From Bacteroidota bacterium (GTDB taxonomy: Bacteria > Bacteroidota > Bacteroidia > Bacteroidales > WCHB1-69), in the NCBI GenBank assembly GCA_029570835.1, contig JAKPTX010000117.1:17151-81150 (forward strand): a stretch of DNA of 64,000 nt. Direction: 5' to 3'. Below are positions 1 through 10,153 of this stretch, one piece after another. A model generated the notes under the pieces. The model searched no databases. It saw nothing but the letters and a program-made list of their open reading frames with translations, and was not told where the DNA came from. The position numbers were made by a program, and so were the translations under genes. The stretch's first letter is position 1, and each line of letters opens with the position of its first letter.

Positions 1-1
1 G

Positions 2-1843
2 CTCGAAAAATTAAGGCTCTTTCAAAGGGCTAAAACCCTTATCTACTGCTCCGATCACTCCATGATCCATTATGCACTACAAAAACCTGAATTTCAGCAC
101 CTGCAATTGATTAGCTGGGGGACTCAAGAGGGAACCTACCGAATTGAAAAAGTAGAAAAAACAGTTTCGGAAACTGTAATTATACTGCAAGATTATGAAG
201 AACCGGTAAGAATCCCCTTTACGGACAGTGCCTCCATTGAAAATGGAATGCAAGTGGTAACGCTCCTACTCCACTTGGGATTCCCAATTGAGCAGATCAA
301 CGAAAAACTAGCTCTGTTATCCCGTCTCTCAATGAGAATGGAAGTGAAAGAAGCGATTAACCGCTCCATTGTAATCAATGACACTTATAGCCTGGATCTC
401 AACTCTTTAGCTATTGCACTGGACTTTTTAAATACACAAACTCAATTTGAAAAGCGAACCCTGATTATCTCCGACTTTGAACAAGTATTGTTAGGTGAAG
501 AGGAGTACAAGCATATCTTTAACATGATTCAGGAACATCGGATCAATCGGGTGTTATGGGTAGGTTCCAAGGTGATCCCTTACCAACATTTTATGAAGAA
601 TGGCACATTGACCATCTTCAAAGATACCCGGGAGCTGTTGGAATATCTCAAATCCGGCAAAATTGGTCAGGAAGCTATTTTGGTCAAAGGAGCCCGGAAA
701 TGGCAGTTTGAACAAGTAGTTCAAAAATTGCAATTGAAAAGTCACCAGACTGTGTTGCAAGTAGATTTAGCCGCTTTGGTTCATAATCTGCACTACTACA
801 GATCCAAAACCGCACCGAATGTCCAATTCATGGCGATGGTCAAAGCCTTTTCATACGGATTGGGAGATGTTGAATTAATCAATGAATTGATTTACCATCA
901 CATTGATTATCTGGCAGTTGCCTATACCGATGAAGGAATTATATTGCGGAAAAGAAAGATAAAAACGCCCATCATTGTGCTAGGTGCCGAAGCGGCAGGA
1001 TTTCATTCCATGATTCAATATCAACTGGAGCCGGAGATCTTTAATTTCCACTACCTCCAAAAATGGATGGAAACGCTGAAACAGTACCCTGAAATTAAAG
1101 ATTATCCGATCCATATTAAAATTGACACCGGCATGCACAGGTTGGGGTTTGATGAGGAACAGATTGATGAACTGGCGGAACTCATTGCTCAAAATCCGCA
1201 GATTAAAGTGCGTTCACTCTTTTCTCACCTGGCTGCTGCCGAAGATCCGAATGAAGACCGGTTTACACATCAACAAGCGCAACTATTTCAGAGAATTTGT
1301 TCTAAAATGGAGCAAAAGTTGGGTTACTCCTTCCTGAAACATATTGCCAACAGTGCGGGAATCACCCGTTTCCCTGAGTATCACTTCGATATGGTTCGCT
1401 TGGGTATCGGCTTGTATGGCTATACCGCTGTAGAAGAAGATCAGCTCCATACCAACAACACCATTACCCTCAAAAGTATCATTACTCAGGTTAAAAAAAT
1501 AAAAAAAGGGGAAAGTATCGGATATAATCGTACTTTTGTGGCAGATAAAGATATGATATTGGCGGTAGTTCCTATAGGGTACGCTGACGGATATCCGAAA
1601 GAGTTAAGTAACGGAGTGGGAAAGATGCTGGTGAAAGGGAAAGAATGTCAAGTGGTAGGTAAAGTGTGTATGGATATTACATTAATCGACATTACAGGAG
1701 TTGATGCAAAAGAAGAGGATGACGTGATTATCTACAATTCTGAGATGAATCTGTATCAAATATCCAAATGGATTGGAAAAATACCTTATGAGCTGCTGAC
1801 CGCCATATCAAAAAGAGTACAAAGAATATATATCAGAGACTAA
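2..1843 (+). CDS. alr: Bifunctional MurF ligase / alanine racemase (5'-truncated by window edge)
   Basis: Frame is open from position 2. MurF C-terminal motifs (INDTYS, LVKGAR) are followed by Alr motifs AMVKAFSYG (PLP lysine), KIDTGMHRLG, GYADG and VCMD. This fusion is typical of Bacteroidota. Confidence 0.95.
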   Translation, partial: LEKLRLFQRAKTLIYCSDHSMIHYALQKPEFQHLQLISWGTQEGTYRIEKVEKTVSETVIILQDYEEPVRIPFTDSASIENGMQVVTLLLHLGFPIEQINEKLALLSRLSMRMEVKEAINRSIVINDTYSLDLNSLAIALDFLNTQTQFEKRTLIISDFEQVLLGEEEYKHIFNMIQEHRINRVLWVGSKVIPYQHFMKNGTLTIFKDTRELLEYLKSGKIGQEAILVKGARKWQFEQVVQKLQLKSHQTVLQVDLAALVHNLHYYRSKTAPNVQFMAMVKAFSYGLGDVELINELIYHHIDYLAVAYTDEGIILRKRKIKTPIIVLGAEAAGFHSMIQYQLEPEIFNFHYLQKWMETLKQYPEIKDYPIHIKIDTGMHRLGFDEEQIDELAELIAQNPQIKVRSLFSHLAAAEDPNEDRFTHQQAQLFQRICSKMEQKLGYSFLKHIANSAGITRFPEYHFDMVRLGIGLYGYTAVEEDQLHTNNTITLKSIITQVKKIKKGESIGYNRTFVADKDMILAVVPIGYADGYPKELSNGVGKMLVKGKECQVVGKVCMDITLIDITGVDAKEEDDVIIYNSEMNLYQISKWIGKIPYELLTAISKRVQRIYIRD

Positions 1844-1847
1844 AGAG

Positions 1848-3737
1848 ATGAAGAAGTTTATTCAAAAAATGAGCGTTTTGCCCTCCTCGGTGATATTAAT
1901 TTTTGATATCTGTTGTGTCTTCATTGCGGCCATTTTGGCAGTCTTTATCCGCGGAAATATTGGATTACCTTCCAAGCTCACAATTGACGACTACCTGATC
2001 GCTCCTTTTATGATTGTTTTGATTCGGTCTCTCGTGTTTTTAGCTTTTGGAACACACCGGATGGTAGTGCGTTATACGGACACCAAAAACCTGCTTACCA
2101 TCTTCTTCGCTTCCGTTATCGGATCCCTGATCCTCTTTATGATCAACTTCTTTATGGATTTTAAAGGACTCCCCCGGATTATCCCTACCTCCATCATTTA
2201 CATTGAACTACCGATTACTATTGCTTTTTTGATCTTCTATAGAATCCAGTTCAAAGCCTACTATCTCGAAACCATCAATCCGACAAAACTGAAGAGAAAT
2301 GTGGTTATTTTTGGTGCCGGAGAGAGTGGAATCGTCACCAAAAGAGTATTTGACAGAGATCAAATCAGCAAATATAATGTGGTTGCCTTTTTTGATGAAG
2401 ACCCCAATAAGATTGGTATGACGCTGGAGAGTTTAAAGGTGCTTCCCTTTTCACAACTATCCGACTTTTTCGCCAAAAACAATATCTCCATTATCATTAT
2501 CTCCATTCAAAACCTGCCGGCAGCCAAGAAAAACGAAATCACCGAGATTGCGCTGCTGCATGATGTGAAAGTATTGGTTGTGCCTCCGGTGTTGAAGTGG
2601 ATTAACGGGGAATTGAGCTTTAAACAGATTAAACAGATAAAAATTGAGGAACTACTTGAAAGAGAGCCGATTCAGATGGATCAATCTTTGGTAAGTCCCG
2701 AAATCTATGGCAAAACGATATGGATTACAGGTGCAGCCGGCTCGATTGGAAGTGAGATTGTGCGCCAGCTCCTCTCCTTCGGATTTAAAAAGTTAGTTCT
2801 GATTGACAATGCCGAAACCCCTATGTTTTATCTCACCAACTTTTGCAATAGTCAAAATTACAGTGGCAGCATTGATATTCTGTTGATGGATATCACCGAC
2901 AAGAAGCGCATTGAAAAAGTGATGCAAGAGGAAACTCCCGACATCATTTACCACGCAGCTGCCTACAAGCATGTTCCTGTAATGGAAGAGAATGTCGGCG
3001 CAGCGATTAAGACCAATGTGGAAGGAACTAAAAACCTGGCTGATTTAGCTGTGCAGTACAAGGTGGATAAATTTGTGATGATCTCCACAGATAAAGCTGT
3101 CAATCCGACCAGTGTAATGGGTGCTTCCAAAAGAATTGCGGAGATTTATGTTCAATCGTTAAACTTTGAGCAGCCTCACACCAAGTTTATTACCACCCGT
3201 TTTGGGAATGTTTTAGGTTCCAATGGTTCCGTTATTCCTCTTTTTAGGAAACAAATAGAAAAGGGGGGACCCCTCACCGTGACCCACCCCGATATCACTC
3301 GTTACTTCATGACCATCTCAGAGGCTTGTCAATTGGTGATTACTGCAGGAGCCATGGGCGATGGAGGAGAGATCTTTATCTTTGATATGGGAGAATCTGT
3401 GAAGATTTACGATTTGGCGGTGAAAATGGTCAAACTCTCCGGACTGACCCTGGGAAAAGATATCAACATCGAATTTACCGGATTGCGCCCCGGAGAAAAG
3501 CTATACGAAGAGTTGTTGGCAAACAAAGAAAACACCAAGCAAACCACCCATGAAAAGATCATGATTGCCAACGTAATCCGCTACCCTTACGACGAAGTAG
3601 TCAATAAAGTTGAATCCCTCATCCGCATGCAAGACGAAGACCCACTACAAATCGTCAAAAAGATGAAAGAGATTGTCCCTGAATTTTACAGCCAAAACTC
3701 CACCTTTGCGGTGTTGAATGGGCCAAAGGTGGGATAG
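1848..3737 (+). CDS. CapD/PglF-like membrane-anchored nucleoside-diphosphate sugar dehydratase
   Basis: Four N-terminal TM segments, GAGESG, TGAAGSIGSE, HAAAYKHVP, ISTDKAVNPTSVMGASKR, RFGNVLGSNGSVIP. Confidence 0.93.
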   Translation: MKKFIQKMSVLPSSVILIFDICCVFIAAILAVFIRGNIGLPSKLTIDDYLIAPFMIVLIRSLVFLAFGTHRMVVRYTDTKNLLTIFFASVIGSLILFMINFFMDFKGLPRIIPTSIIYIELPITIAFLIFYRIQFKAYYLETINPTKLKRNVVIFGAGESGIVTKRVFDRDQISKYNVVAFFDEDPNKIGMTLESLKVLPFSQLSDFFAKNNISIIIISIQNLPAAKKNEITEIALLHDVKVLVVPPVLKWINGELSFKQIKQIKIEELLEREPIQMDQSLVSPEIYGKTIWITGAAGSIGSEIVRQLLSFGFKKLVLIDNAETPMFYLTNFCNSQNYSGSIDILLMDITDKKRIEKVMQEETPDIIYHAAAYKHVPVMEENVGAAIKTNVEGTKNLADLAVQYKVDKFVMISTDKAVNPTSVMGASKRIAEIYVQSLNFEQPHTKFITTRFGNVLGSNGSVIPLFRKQIEKGGPLTVTHPDITRYFMTISEACQLVITAGAMGDGGEIFIFDMGESVKIYDLAVKMVKLSGLTLGKDINIEFTGLRPGEKLYEELLANKENTKQTTHEKIMIANVIRYPYDEVVNKVESLIRMQDEDPLQIVKKMKEIVPEFYSQNSTFAVLNGPKVG

Positions 3738-3872
3738 ATTTTGGATTTGTTATGTTTTCTCTTTTTTTAGTATAACCCTATTATTTCTTTTTCATTATGA
3801 GGTTAATTCAAGAATATTAGACTATAAAAAAACAAAAATTCTTTTGAAACATGTTATTAATTAAAAAATCTG

Positions 3873-3880
3873 TATATTTG
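3873..3880 (+). promoter_or_regulatory. Bacteroidota -7 promoter box (TATATTTG)
   Basis: Matches TAnnTTTG upstream of the 4049/4219 gene pair. Confidence 0.55.
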
Positions 3881-4048
3881 CACCGGTAAATCAAGTGTAA
3901 TCCTATCCAAAAATTGAAGGTCAAATTCAAATATATGAATATACGCAAATGTTGTATTCGTATATCACAAATTAGGTATTATGTTCTAATTTATCAAAGT
4001 TACACGATTGAAAAACTAATTATTTTATAAATAAAATCTAGATAGACT

Positions 4049-4222
4049 ATGGAAACAAATCAAATTAAACTTTTGAATTCTCTTGCAAAGGAAATAAAAA
4101 CCAAAAAAAAAGATAAAACAGGAATTATTATTACTCTTCAATCAGCTAAAATTCTCACAAAGCAAGGTAACTTTACTGGTAAATTTAACAATTTAAACCG
4201 TATCGTGATAACTGCTAAATGA
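4049..4222 (+). CDS. Small basic 57-aa protein, putative antitoxin or partner of the downstream gene (not in the ORF track)
   Basis: Read by hand: METNQIKLLNSLAKEIKTKKKDKTGIIITLQSAKILTKQGNFTGKFNNLNRIVITAK. The stop overlaps the next start as ATGA (4219-4222). Confidence 0.7.
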   Translation: METNQIKLLNSLAKEIKTKKKDKTGIIITLQSAKILTKQGNFTGKFNNLNRIVITAK

Positions 4223-4857
4223 GTATTTACAATAATAGACCAAATCTTACAATTGGGTTTCATGGTTGCGATGAAATCGTAAGAGATAATTTAGTAAATA
4301 ATCCTAATTCAGTTAAGAAAAGCCAGGAAACATATGATTGGCTTGGGAATGGTTTTTATGTGTGGGAAAACAATTATGAGCGAGCACTCCAGTGGGCAAA
4401 AGATAAGAAATTAAGAGGAACACTAGAAGTACCATCAGTCGTTGGTGTTATATATCTGTTGGACTATTGTTTAGATTTTACTGATTCTAAGTTTATTGAT
4501 GTTCTTTCTGAGTATTACCAATTATTCAAAGATGACTTAAAAGTAAGTGGTAAAACTTTACCTAAAAATAAAGACTTACCCAAAGACCAATATCATGACC
4601 TAATCTTAAGAGAATTAGATTGTGCCGTTATTGAATATTTGCATCAGAAAATTGGAGAAAAAATTATTCAAAACAAAACAGAAAAAGGTTTTAGCGAACT
4701 TAGAGCCTTTGATACAGTTAGGGGAATTTTTACAGAAGGCGGACCTGCATTTGATGGAGCTGGAATTCAGTTAAAAAGTCATATTCAGGTTTGTATAAGA
4801 AACCTAAATTGCATAAAGGGTTTTTTTATCCCAAGAAAAGAAATTAAATTTACATAG
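4219..4857 (+). CDS. Hypothetical protein with ADP-ribosyltransferase-like motifs (putative toxin)
   Basis: GFHGC ... WLGNGFYVWE ... HIQVCIR resembles the HG / GxGxY / late-strand layout of PARP/ART-like folds. The fold assignment is inference. Confidence 0.55.
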   Translation: MSIYNNRPNLTIGFHGCDEIVRDNLVNNPNSVKKSQETYDWLGNGFYVWENNYERALQWAKDKKLRGTLEVPSVVGVIYLLDYCLDFTDSKFIDVLSEYYQLFKDDLKVSGKTLPKNKDLPKDQYHDLILRELDCAVIEYLHQKIGEKIIQNKTEKGFSELRAFDTVRGIFTEGGPAFDGAGIQLKSHIQVCIRNLNCIKGFFIPRKEIKFT

Positions 4858-5037
4858 AACCCTGTACATAATACTTAGTTTATCACAAACAGAAGTAGGT
4901 TGTTATTATGATTACTTTCCCTTTCCAACCTCATTTGATTCTTGTGTATAGGTTTGTACTGCCGCACCATAAAATGAGCTAATATTAAAATTGGATTTCG
5001 GGAGGCGGATTTATTTTTGAGTTTCCATTTTTTATTG

Positions 5038-5045
5038 TATCTTTG
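5038..5045 (+). promoter_or_regulatory. Bacteroidota -7 promoter box (TATCTTTG) for the R-M operon
   Basis: TAnnTTTG about 110 nt upstream of the MTase start. Confidence 0.5.
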
Positions 5046-5157
5046 TCTCGTAAATTATACGTCACTAACAAATATAAAATATTTAAAATTTAGAGACAAC
5101 TTTAACCAATTAAAAGCTTTTTAAAAAAATAATCTTGCTAAAATAACTATTGAAAAA

Positions 5158-6123
5158 ATGGAAGTACAAGAGCCGCTATTTGACTACGTTTGTCCGAATA
5201 TCGTTTATACAATTAAAAACGGTGACTGCTTAACTGTTCTTAAAAAAATTGAAGACAACAAATTTGACCTTATATTAACATCTCCACCTTATAATGTGGG
5301 AAAATCATATGAGACAAAAACAAGTATTGAAAAATATCTTGAAACACAAGAAGAAATAATATCTGAACTTACAAGGACATTATCTGACAAGGGAAATCTT
5401 TGTTGGCAAGTTGGTAATTACGTTGATAAAGGAGAGGTTTTCCCACTTGACATATTCTATTATCAAATATTCAAAAAGTACGGTCTGAAACTCCGCAATC
5501 GTATTATTTGGTATTTTGGCCATGGATTGCATGCTAACAAGCGTTTTAGTGGACGTTATGAAACTATACTTTGGTTTAGCAAAACAGACGATTATATTTT
5601 CAATCTTGATAATGTTAGAGTTCCTTCAAAATATCCGGGAAAAAGACATTTTAAAGGTCCCAAAAAAGGTCAACTGTCAGGAAATCCGTTAGGTAAAAAC
5701 CCCAGTGATATATGGGAAATAATTGAACAGGATTGGGATAAAGCAATGTGGAATATACCAAACGTGAAATCAAATCATCCAGAAAAAACCGAGCATCCCT
5801 GCCAGTTTCCTATTGAATTAGTTGAACGCTGTATCTTAGCATTAACGGATGAAAATAGTTGGGTTCTTGATCCATTTGCTGGTGTTGGATCAACAGTAAT
5901 TGGAGCTATAAAAAACAAACGCAATGGAATGGGAATAGAAAAGGAAAAGGAATACTGTGAAATTGCCAATAAACGAATTGAAGATCTCAAAGAAGGGAGA
6001 TTAAAAATTAGACCAATAAATAAACCAATACATAAACCGACAAACAAAGATAAAATTGCTCAAATTCCAAAAGAGTGGGCTGAACTTAAATTTATAAATA
6101 ATAATGAAGTAAACAAACACTAA
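5158..6123 (+). CDS. Site-specific DNA methyltransferase (N4-C/N6-A, beta class)
   Basis: TSPPY catalytic motif precedes HPCQFP and the DPFAGVGST SAM-binding motif. Confidence 0.93.
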   Translation: MEVQEPLFDYVCPNIVYTIKNGDCLTVLKKIEDNKFDLILTSPPYNVGKSYETKTSIEKYLETQEEIISELTRTLSDKGNLCWQVGNYVDKGEVFPLDIFYYQIFKKYGLKLRNRIIWYFGHGLHANKRFSGRYETILWFSKTDDYIFNLDNVRVPSKYPGKRHFKGPKKGQLSGNPLGKNPSDIWEIIEQDWDKAMWNIPNVKSNHPEKTEHPCQFPIELVERCILALTDENSWVLDPFAGVGSTVIGAIKNKRNGMGIEKEKEYCEIANKRIEDLKEGRLKIRPINKPIHKPTNKDKIAQIPKEWAELKFINNNEVNKH

Positions 6124-6737
6124 TGAAAATAGCACAAAAATATTCACACCTGAACGGAGAAGAATACCTTATCGTTCATCACAATAACCTATACGAAGAA
6201 ATTAAACAAGTTATTGAAAGTGTTGATGCTGAGCAATTTAAAACAAAAATCAGTAAAGAAAAGAGAAAAAGTGGTAGCTTTCTTTTCTCTCCAATTGAAT
6301 TAAATAAAGCCTTTAATGCGGAGTTCCATGAAAGAGAATGGGCAGAAAGTAGATACAACTATTACATTACTCTTAATAGAGAATTAATGGAACAAAGTGT
6401 TCTAATGCCTGCTAAAGAACAAAAAGAATTCCTTATTGCTAACGGGGAGATAGAACCAATTTATAGTTACAACCAAACTGACTTTGTTAAAGACAAAATT
6501 GCTGTCGAAGTTCAGTTTGGGAAGTATGCTTTTGTTGCATTTGATTTATTTGTAAAACATATGCTATTTTACTCAGGAGGAGTTATCGACTTGGGAATTG
6601 AAATTCTACCAACAAAGAAAATGCAAACACAAATGAGTAGTGGTGTAGCTTACTACGAAGGAGAAGTTTACAACGTAATGCGCCAAGGACGAAATAATCC
6701 ACCAGTTCCATTGTTAATTTTGGGAATCGAACCATAA
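6123..6737 (+). CDS. BglII/BstYI-family type II restriction endonuclease
   Basis: YSHLNGEEYL start, NQTDFVKDKIAVEVQFGKY (D...ExQ active site), terminal PVPLLILGI. Coupled to the MTase by a TAATG overlap. Confidence 0.85.
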   Translation: MKIAQKYSHLNGEEYLIVHHNNLYEEIKQVIESVDAEQFKTKISKEKRKSGSFLFSPIELNKAFNAEFHEREWAESRYNYYITLNRELMEQSVLMPAKEQKEFLIANGEIEPIYSYNQTDFVKDKIAVEVQFGKYAFVAFDLFVKHMLFYSGGVIDLGIEILPTKKMQTQMSSGVAYYEGEVYNVMRQGRNNPPVPLLILGIEP

Positions 6738-7023
6738 CGAATAAGAAGAAGCCCAGCGTGTAACGTTGTCTATACAATATTTGGGAATTAATTATTTATA
6801 CAGCATTACATTTCCCTCTCAGCACGTCCATTATCAACAGAGACCCAATTCGAAACGGGCAACAACAGTAACGGAAAGCCACCCTTAATTTCAGATCCGG
6901 TGTCTTCGAGAACCTCAGTCACCGGAGTGGAATGTGGTTAGGGCTCTCAAAACTATTGGAACACCAAACTAATCTCGTAACTCTTAATTCCTCTGCCCCC
7001 ATTATTTCCAAAAAGGTATAATT

Positions 7024-7075
7024 TTCCAGAGTGGGGAAATAAAATAACTAAAAAGGAAAGCCTTGTCTGCCCCCC
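7024..7075 (+). repeat. Bipartite motif TTCCAGAGTGGGG-N30-CTGCCCCCC, copy 1
   Basis: Spacer 7037-7066 is 30 nt; followed by a T-tract. Confidence 0.9.
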
Positions 7076-7136
7076 TTTTTTTGAAGGTAGAAATAAGAAG
7101 GAAGAAGGTAGAATTAAAGGCGGAAATCGGAATGAA

Positions 7137-7293
7137 CAATTACGAATTACGAATTACGAAACCGAAAATTTTAATTGAACGCGATTATTGTAGGGACAGG
7201 TCGCGACCTGTCCTGGAGTAATGAATAAAAATAACGTCATGGTCATAGAGATAGGGCATGCCCTGTCTCCATGATGTTGTTATGCAACAGATT
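7137..7293 (+). repeat. 157-bp dispersed repeat, copy 1 (heptamers plus two REP-like palindromes)
   Basis: Three mismatches versus 9702-9858; partial third copy from 14641. Confidence 0.92.
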
Positions 7294-7457
7294 AATTTTT
7301 GTGTCAAATATTTGATATTCAACATTTTTATGGAATCATTAATTCAATTTTTAATTTATGTGTTTGGTTGTACCGCCTGTCCGCCTTCTTTTTATTCGTA
7401 ATTGTTTCTGTATCTTTGCCGTTCAATTAGACGTTGTGTATAATTAAATTAAAAATC

Positions 7458-8180
7458 ATGAGAAATTTTAAATTATTAGCTGTAATGCTTTTAGGAGTGG
7501 TATTTGCTGTTTCATCTTGTAAAAAGGATGATGACCCTGATCAGACCCAAATACCAAAAGATGGTTTAGTTGCATATTATCCATTCAATGGAAATGCAAA
7601 GGATTTAAGCGGCAAAGGAAATCACGGAACTGTTCATGGTGATGTAGTATTAACAACTGACAGAAAAGGAAATAGTAATAGTGCATACGATTTCCCGGGG
7701 GTTGCATTCAATTATATCAGTGTTCCTCATAATCCATCATTAGCATTAGATGTTTTTACAATTAATGCCTGGATTTTTACAAAGACAGACTATGGATATG
7801 GTCAAGTAGTTCAAAAAAACAGAGATATTTTCGGTGGGCATTACGGTCTTTACACCAACTGTGTTATTGGAAAAATAGACTATGAAAATGATGTTCAAGC
7901 CTCATCTCCGGAAAACCCAAGTATTGGAAAATGGCATATGATCACAGGTTCTGTTTCAGGAAAAAAAGCAAAATTTTACATTGATGGAGTATTAATGGAT
8001 GAGTCCATAGCAACCGATAAGTTTGTTTATTCAGGTTCTGATGATTTAGCTATTGGAATGCACTATTATGAAGGTGTTCCGGATCATTGGACATATCCAT
8101 ACAAAGGCAAAATTGACGATATTAGAATATATAACAGAGTACTGAGCGATAAAGAAATTCAAGCCCTCTATAATGAGTAA
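7458..8180 (+). CDS. LamG/concanavalin-A-like domain lipoprotein
   Basis: Lipobox AVSSC; GLVAYYPFNGNA and GKIDDIRIYNRVLS LamG motifs; start placed at ATG 7458. Confidence 0.85.
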   Translation: MRNFKLLAVMLLGVVFAVSSCKKDDDPDQTQIPKDGLVAYYPFNGNAKDLSGKGNHGTVHGDVVLTTDRKGNSNSAYDFPGVAFNYISVPHNPSLALDVFTINAWIFTKTDYGYGQVVQKNRDIFGGHYGLYTNCVIGKIDYENDVQASSPENPSIGKWHMITGSVSGKKAKFYIDGVLMDESIATDKFVYSGSDDLAIGMHYYEGVPDHWTYPYKGKIDDIRIYNRVLSDKEIQALYNE

Positions 8181-8237
8181 ATCAATATCTATTTCACATT
8201 TTTAGTCACAATTGATTCAACTTAAACCTCAACAACC

Positions 8238-8960
8238 ATGATCAGAGTTCTGCTTTTTTTGCAATTATTACTTTTTATTTCCTGTGGTGGACAGCATATG
8301 AAGTACCAAACATCCACTTATGATGATTCGGAATTTGAAAGTTTTGTGAATTCTCAACAGGAAAAGCTTCGGGAACTTGACAAGGCAGAAGTTTTTAGAT
8401 CCATCCATGCAAAATTGTTCACCGCGTTACCCGAAGAACATCAAAATTATTTCACAACAAAACCTGATTACAGACTGCTTAGCTTCGCTAAAGGAGATCT
8501 GTTTTTAAATCAAAAACAAGACTTTGCATTGGTTGTGTACGATGCAAAAAATGTAAGGATTTCAATCCTGGTGATTGATGAAAATAGAAACCGATACAAT
8601 GAACTTTTCAGGGATATAAAAGTTGAAAATGGCTTGGAAAATGTGGAGTGCCATTACCATTCTTCAAGGACTCCCGACTACCAAATTGGTGATGAAATTG
8701 TATATCAGGCTCATTCTCTGATGGAAAACCCGGAAGAATTCCTTGACTTCACTTTGTGTAAGATAACACCCATTTCTAAAGATGAAAGTTTTATCACAGA
8801 TGAGGGATGCTTTTCGATGAATGAGAAAAAAGAGGAATTACTCAATATCAATTCATTATCTGTATCGACAAGTTTTGTGTACAACAACTGGGAATCTCTG
8901 AAATATGACAAAAAGAGAGAGCTGTTTACAATATTTTATGGTCAGGCGTTTGCGGACTAA
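8238..8960 (+). CDS. Hypothetical lipoprotein
   Basis: Signal peptide with FISC lipobox; 240-aa ORF. Confidence 0.75.
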   Translation: MIRVLLFLQLLLFISCGGQHMKYQTSTYDDSEFESFVNSQQEKLRELDKAEVFRSIHAKLFTALPEEHQNYFTTKPDYRLLSFAKGDLFLNQKQDFALVVYDAKNVRISILVIDENRNRYNELFRDIKVENGLENVECHYHSSRTPDYQIGDEIVYQAHSLMENPEEFLDFTLCKITPISKDESFITDEGCFSMNEKKEELLNINSLSVSTSFVYNNWESLKYDKKRELFTIFYGQAFAD

Positions 8961-9062
8961 CATTTTAAAGGTAGAAGGTAGAAGGTAGAAGGCAGAATTA
9001 AAGGCGGAAGGCGGAAGGCGGAAGGCGGAATGAATAAATTTAGAAATTAGAATTATTTAAAA
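8961..9062. repeat. Heptamer tandem arrays J2 (AAGGTAG x3 plus AAGGCAG; AAGGCGG x4)
   Basis: Directly visible at 8968-9030. Confidence 0.9.
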
Positions 9063-9680
9063 ATGAAAACATTATCACTCATCAATCTGTTTTTAATTAT
9101 TGCTTTGTTGGGATGCAATGCTCCTGCAACTGACAATGATCAAAATGATGCAATCATCCAAGAGAGCAATAGTGTCAAAAAAATCGGGGAGGCAAATGGA
9201 GATTCCGGCAAAATTTTAAGTGCTGACAAAGTTGCCATCGGGATGACCATTGACGAGCTTAAAAAAGCATATCCCAATGCGAAATTTATTGAAGAACCTC
9301 TTTATATGTACGGGATTGATAGTGAAGAGTCCGGATTGCTTGTGGTGAACAATAATGAAAAATTACTTTTTGTGTGGGTATCAGAAGATGGTCATATAAA
9401 AGGAATTACAATCTTATCCCCTTCCATTGTAATCGACTCCAATGTTTCTGTCGGCATGAGCTTTCAGGAGTTTCTTAAAAAGTATCCCGATACCCAATTG
9501 ACTGTTAGTCTGGTTGATGAAGGTGTTGAATATTATCACGTAAAAGATAAAAATTACATCATAGAATTTTTGACAAAACCTGATAATAGAGTCGGCGAAT
9601 ATGAGGAGGAAGGCGTGGAAGCCAAATCAATCCGAATTGCAAGACCTAACGCAAAAATTGATAGAATCACGATGAATTGA
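9063..9680 (+). CDS. Hypothetical lipoprotein
   Basis: LLGC lipobox; internal repeat IGMTIDELKKAYP / VGMSFQEFLKKYP. Confidence 0.78.
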   Translation: MKTLSLINLFLIIALLGCNAPATDNDQNDAIIQESNSVKKIGEANGDSGKILSADKVAIGMTIDELKKAYPNAKFIEEPLYMYGIDSEESGLLVVNNNEKLLFVWVSEDGHIKGITILSPSIVIDSNVSVGMSFQEFLKKYPDTQLTVSLVDEGVEYYHVKDKNYIIEFLTKPDNRVGEYEEEGVEAKSIRIARPNAKIDRITMN

Positions 9681-10153
9681 TTTCGGATTTCGGATGGAAT
9701 CCAATTACGAATTACGAATTACGAAACCGAAAATTTTAATTGAACGCGATTATTGTAGGGACAGGTCGCGACCTGTCCTGGAGTAATGAATAAAAATAAC
9801 GTCATGGTCGTAGAGACAGGGCATGCCCTGTCTCCATGATGTTGTTGTGCAACAGATTTATTTTTATGATATATGTTTGACATTCAAGGATTTACGAAGT
9901 TGACAATTTAAATAAAACGCAATTGTAGGGGCAGGGCTTGTCCCTGCCCTTTTCCAGAGTGGGGTGATAAAATAACAAAAGTGCGAAATATGATCTGCCC
10001 CCCATTTTTTTGAAGGCAGAAATAAGAAGGAAGAAGGTAGAATTAAAGGCGGAATTAAAAAAATTCCGCCTTCCGCCTTTTTTCGATTCGTAATTCGTAA
10101 TTCGTAATTGATTTGTATTTTTGCAAATTAAATCAACTAACCGGTGTGATAGT
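9681..10153. repeat. Composite intergenic mosaic J3
   Basis: ATTTCGG x2; 157-bp repeat 9702-9858; REP-like 9925-9949; bipartite motif 9952-10003; TTCCGCC and TCGTAAT arrays; -7 box 10116-10123. Confidence 0.9.
9952..10003 (+). repeat. Bipartite motif, copy 2
   Basis: Spacer 9965-9994 is 30 nt. Confidence 0.9.

Larger units (their letters stand above)
6738..7457. repeat. Composite intergenic mosaic J1
   Basis: Hairpin TCCGGTG..CACCGGA 6896-6926; bipartite motif 7024-7075; AATTACG x3; REP-like palindromes 7190-7213 and 7245-7269; IHF-consensus 7305-7317; -7 box 7411-7418. Confidence 0.85.

Noticed and set aside
7024-7082. Bipartite motif as an ordinary intrinsic terminator
   Set aside because: Only a 4-6 bp G/C stem around a loop of more than 30 nt; this does not explain the invariant TTCCAGAGT arm or the fixed spacing. 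A terminator side-function is not excluded.
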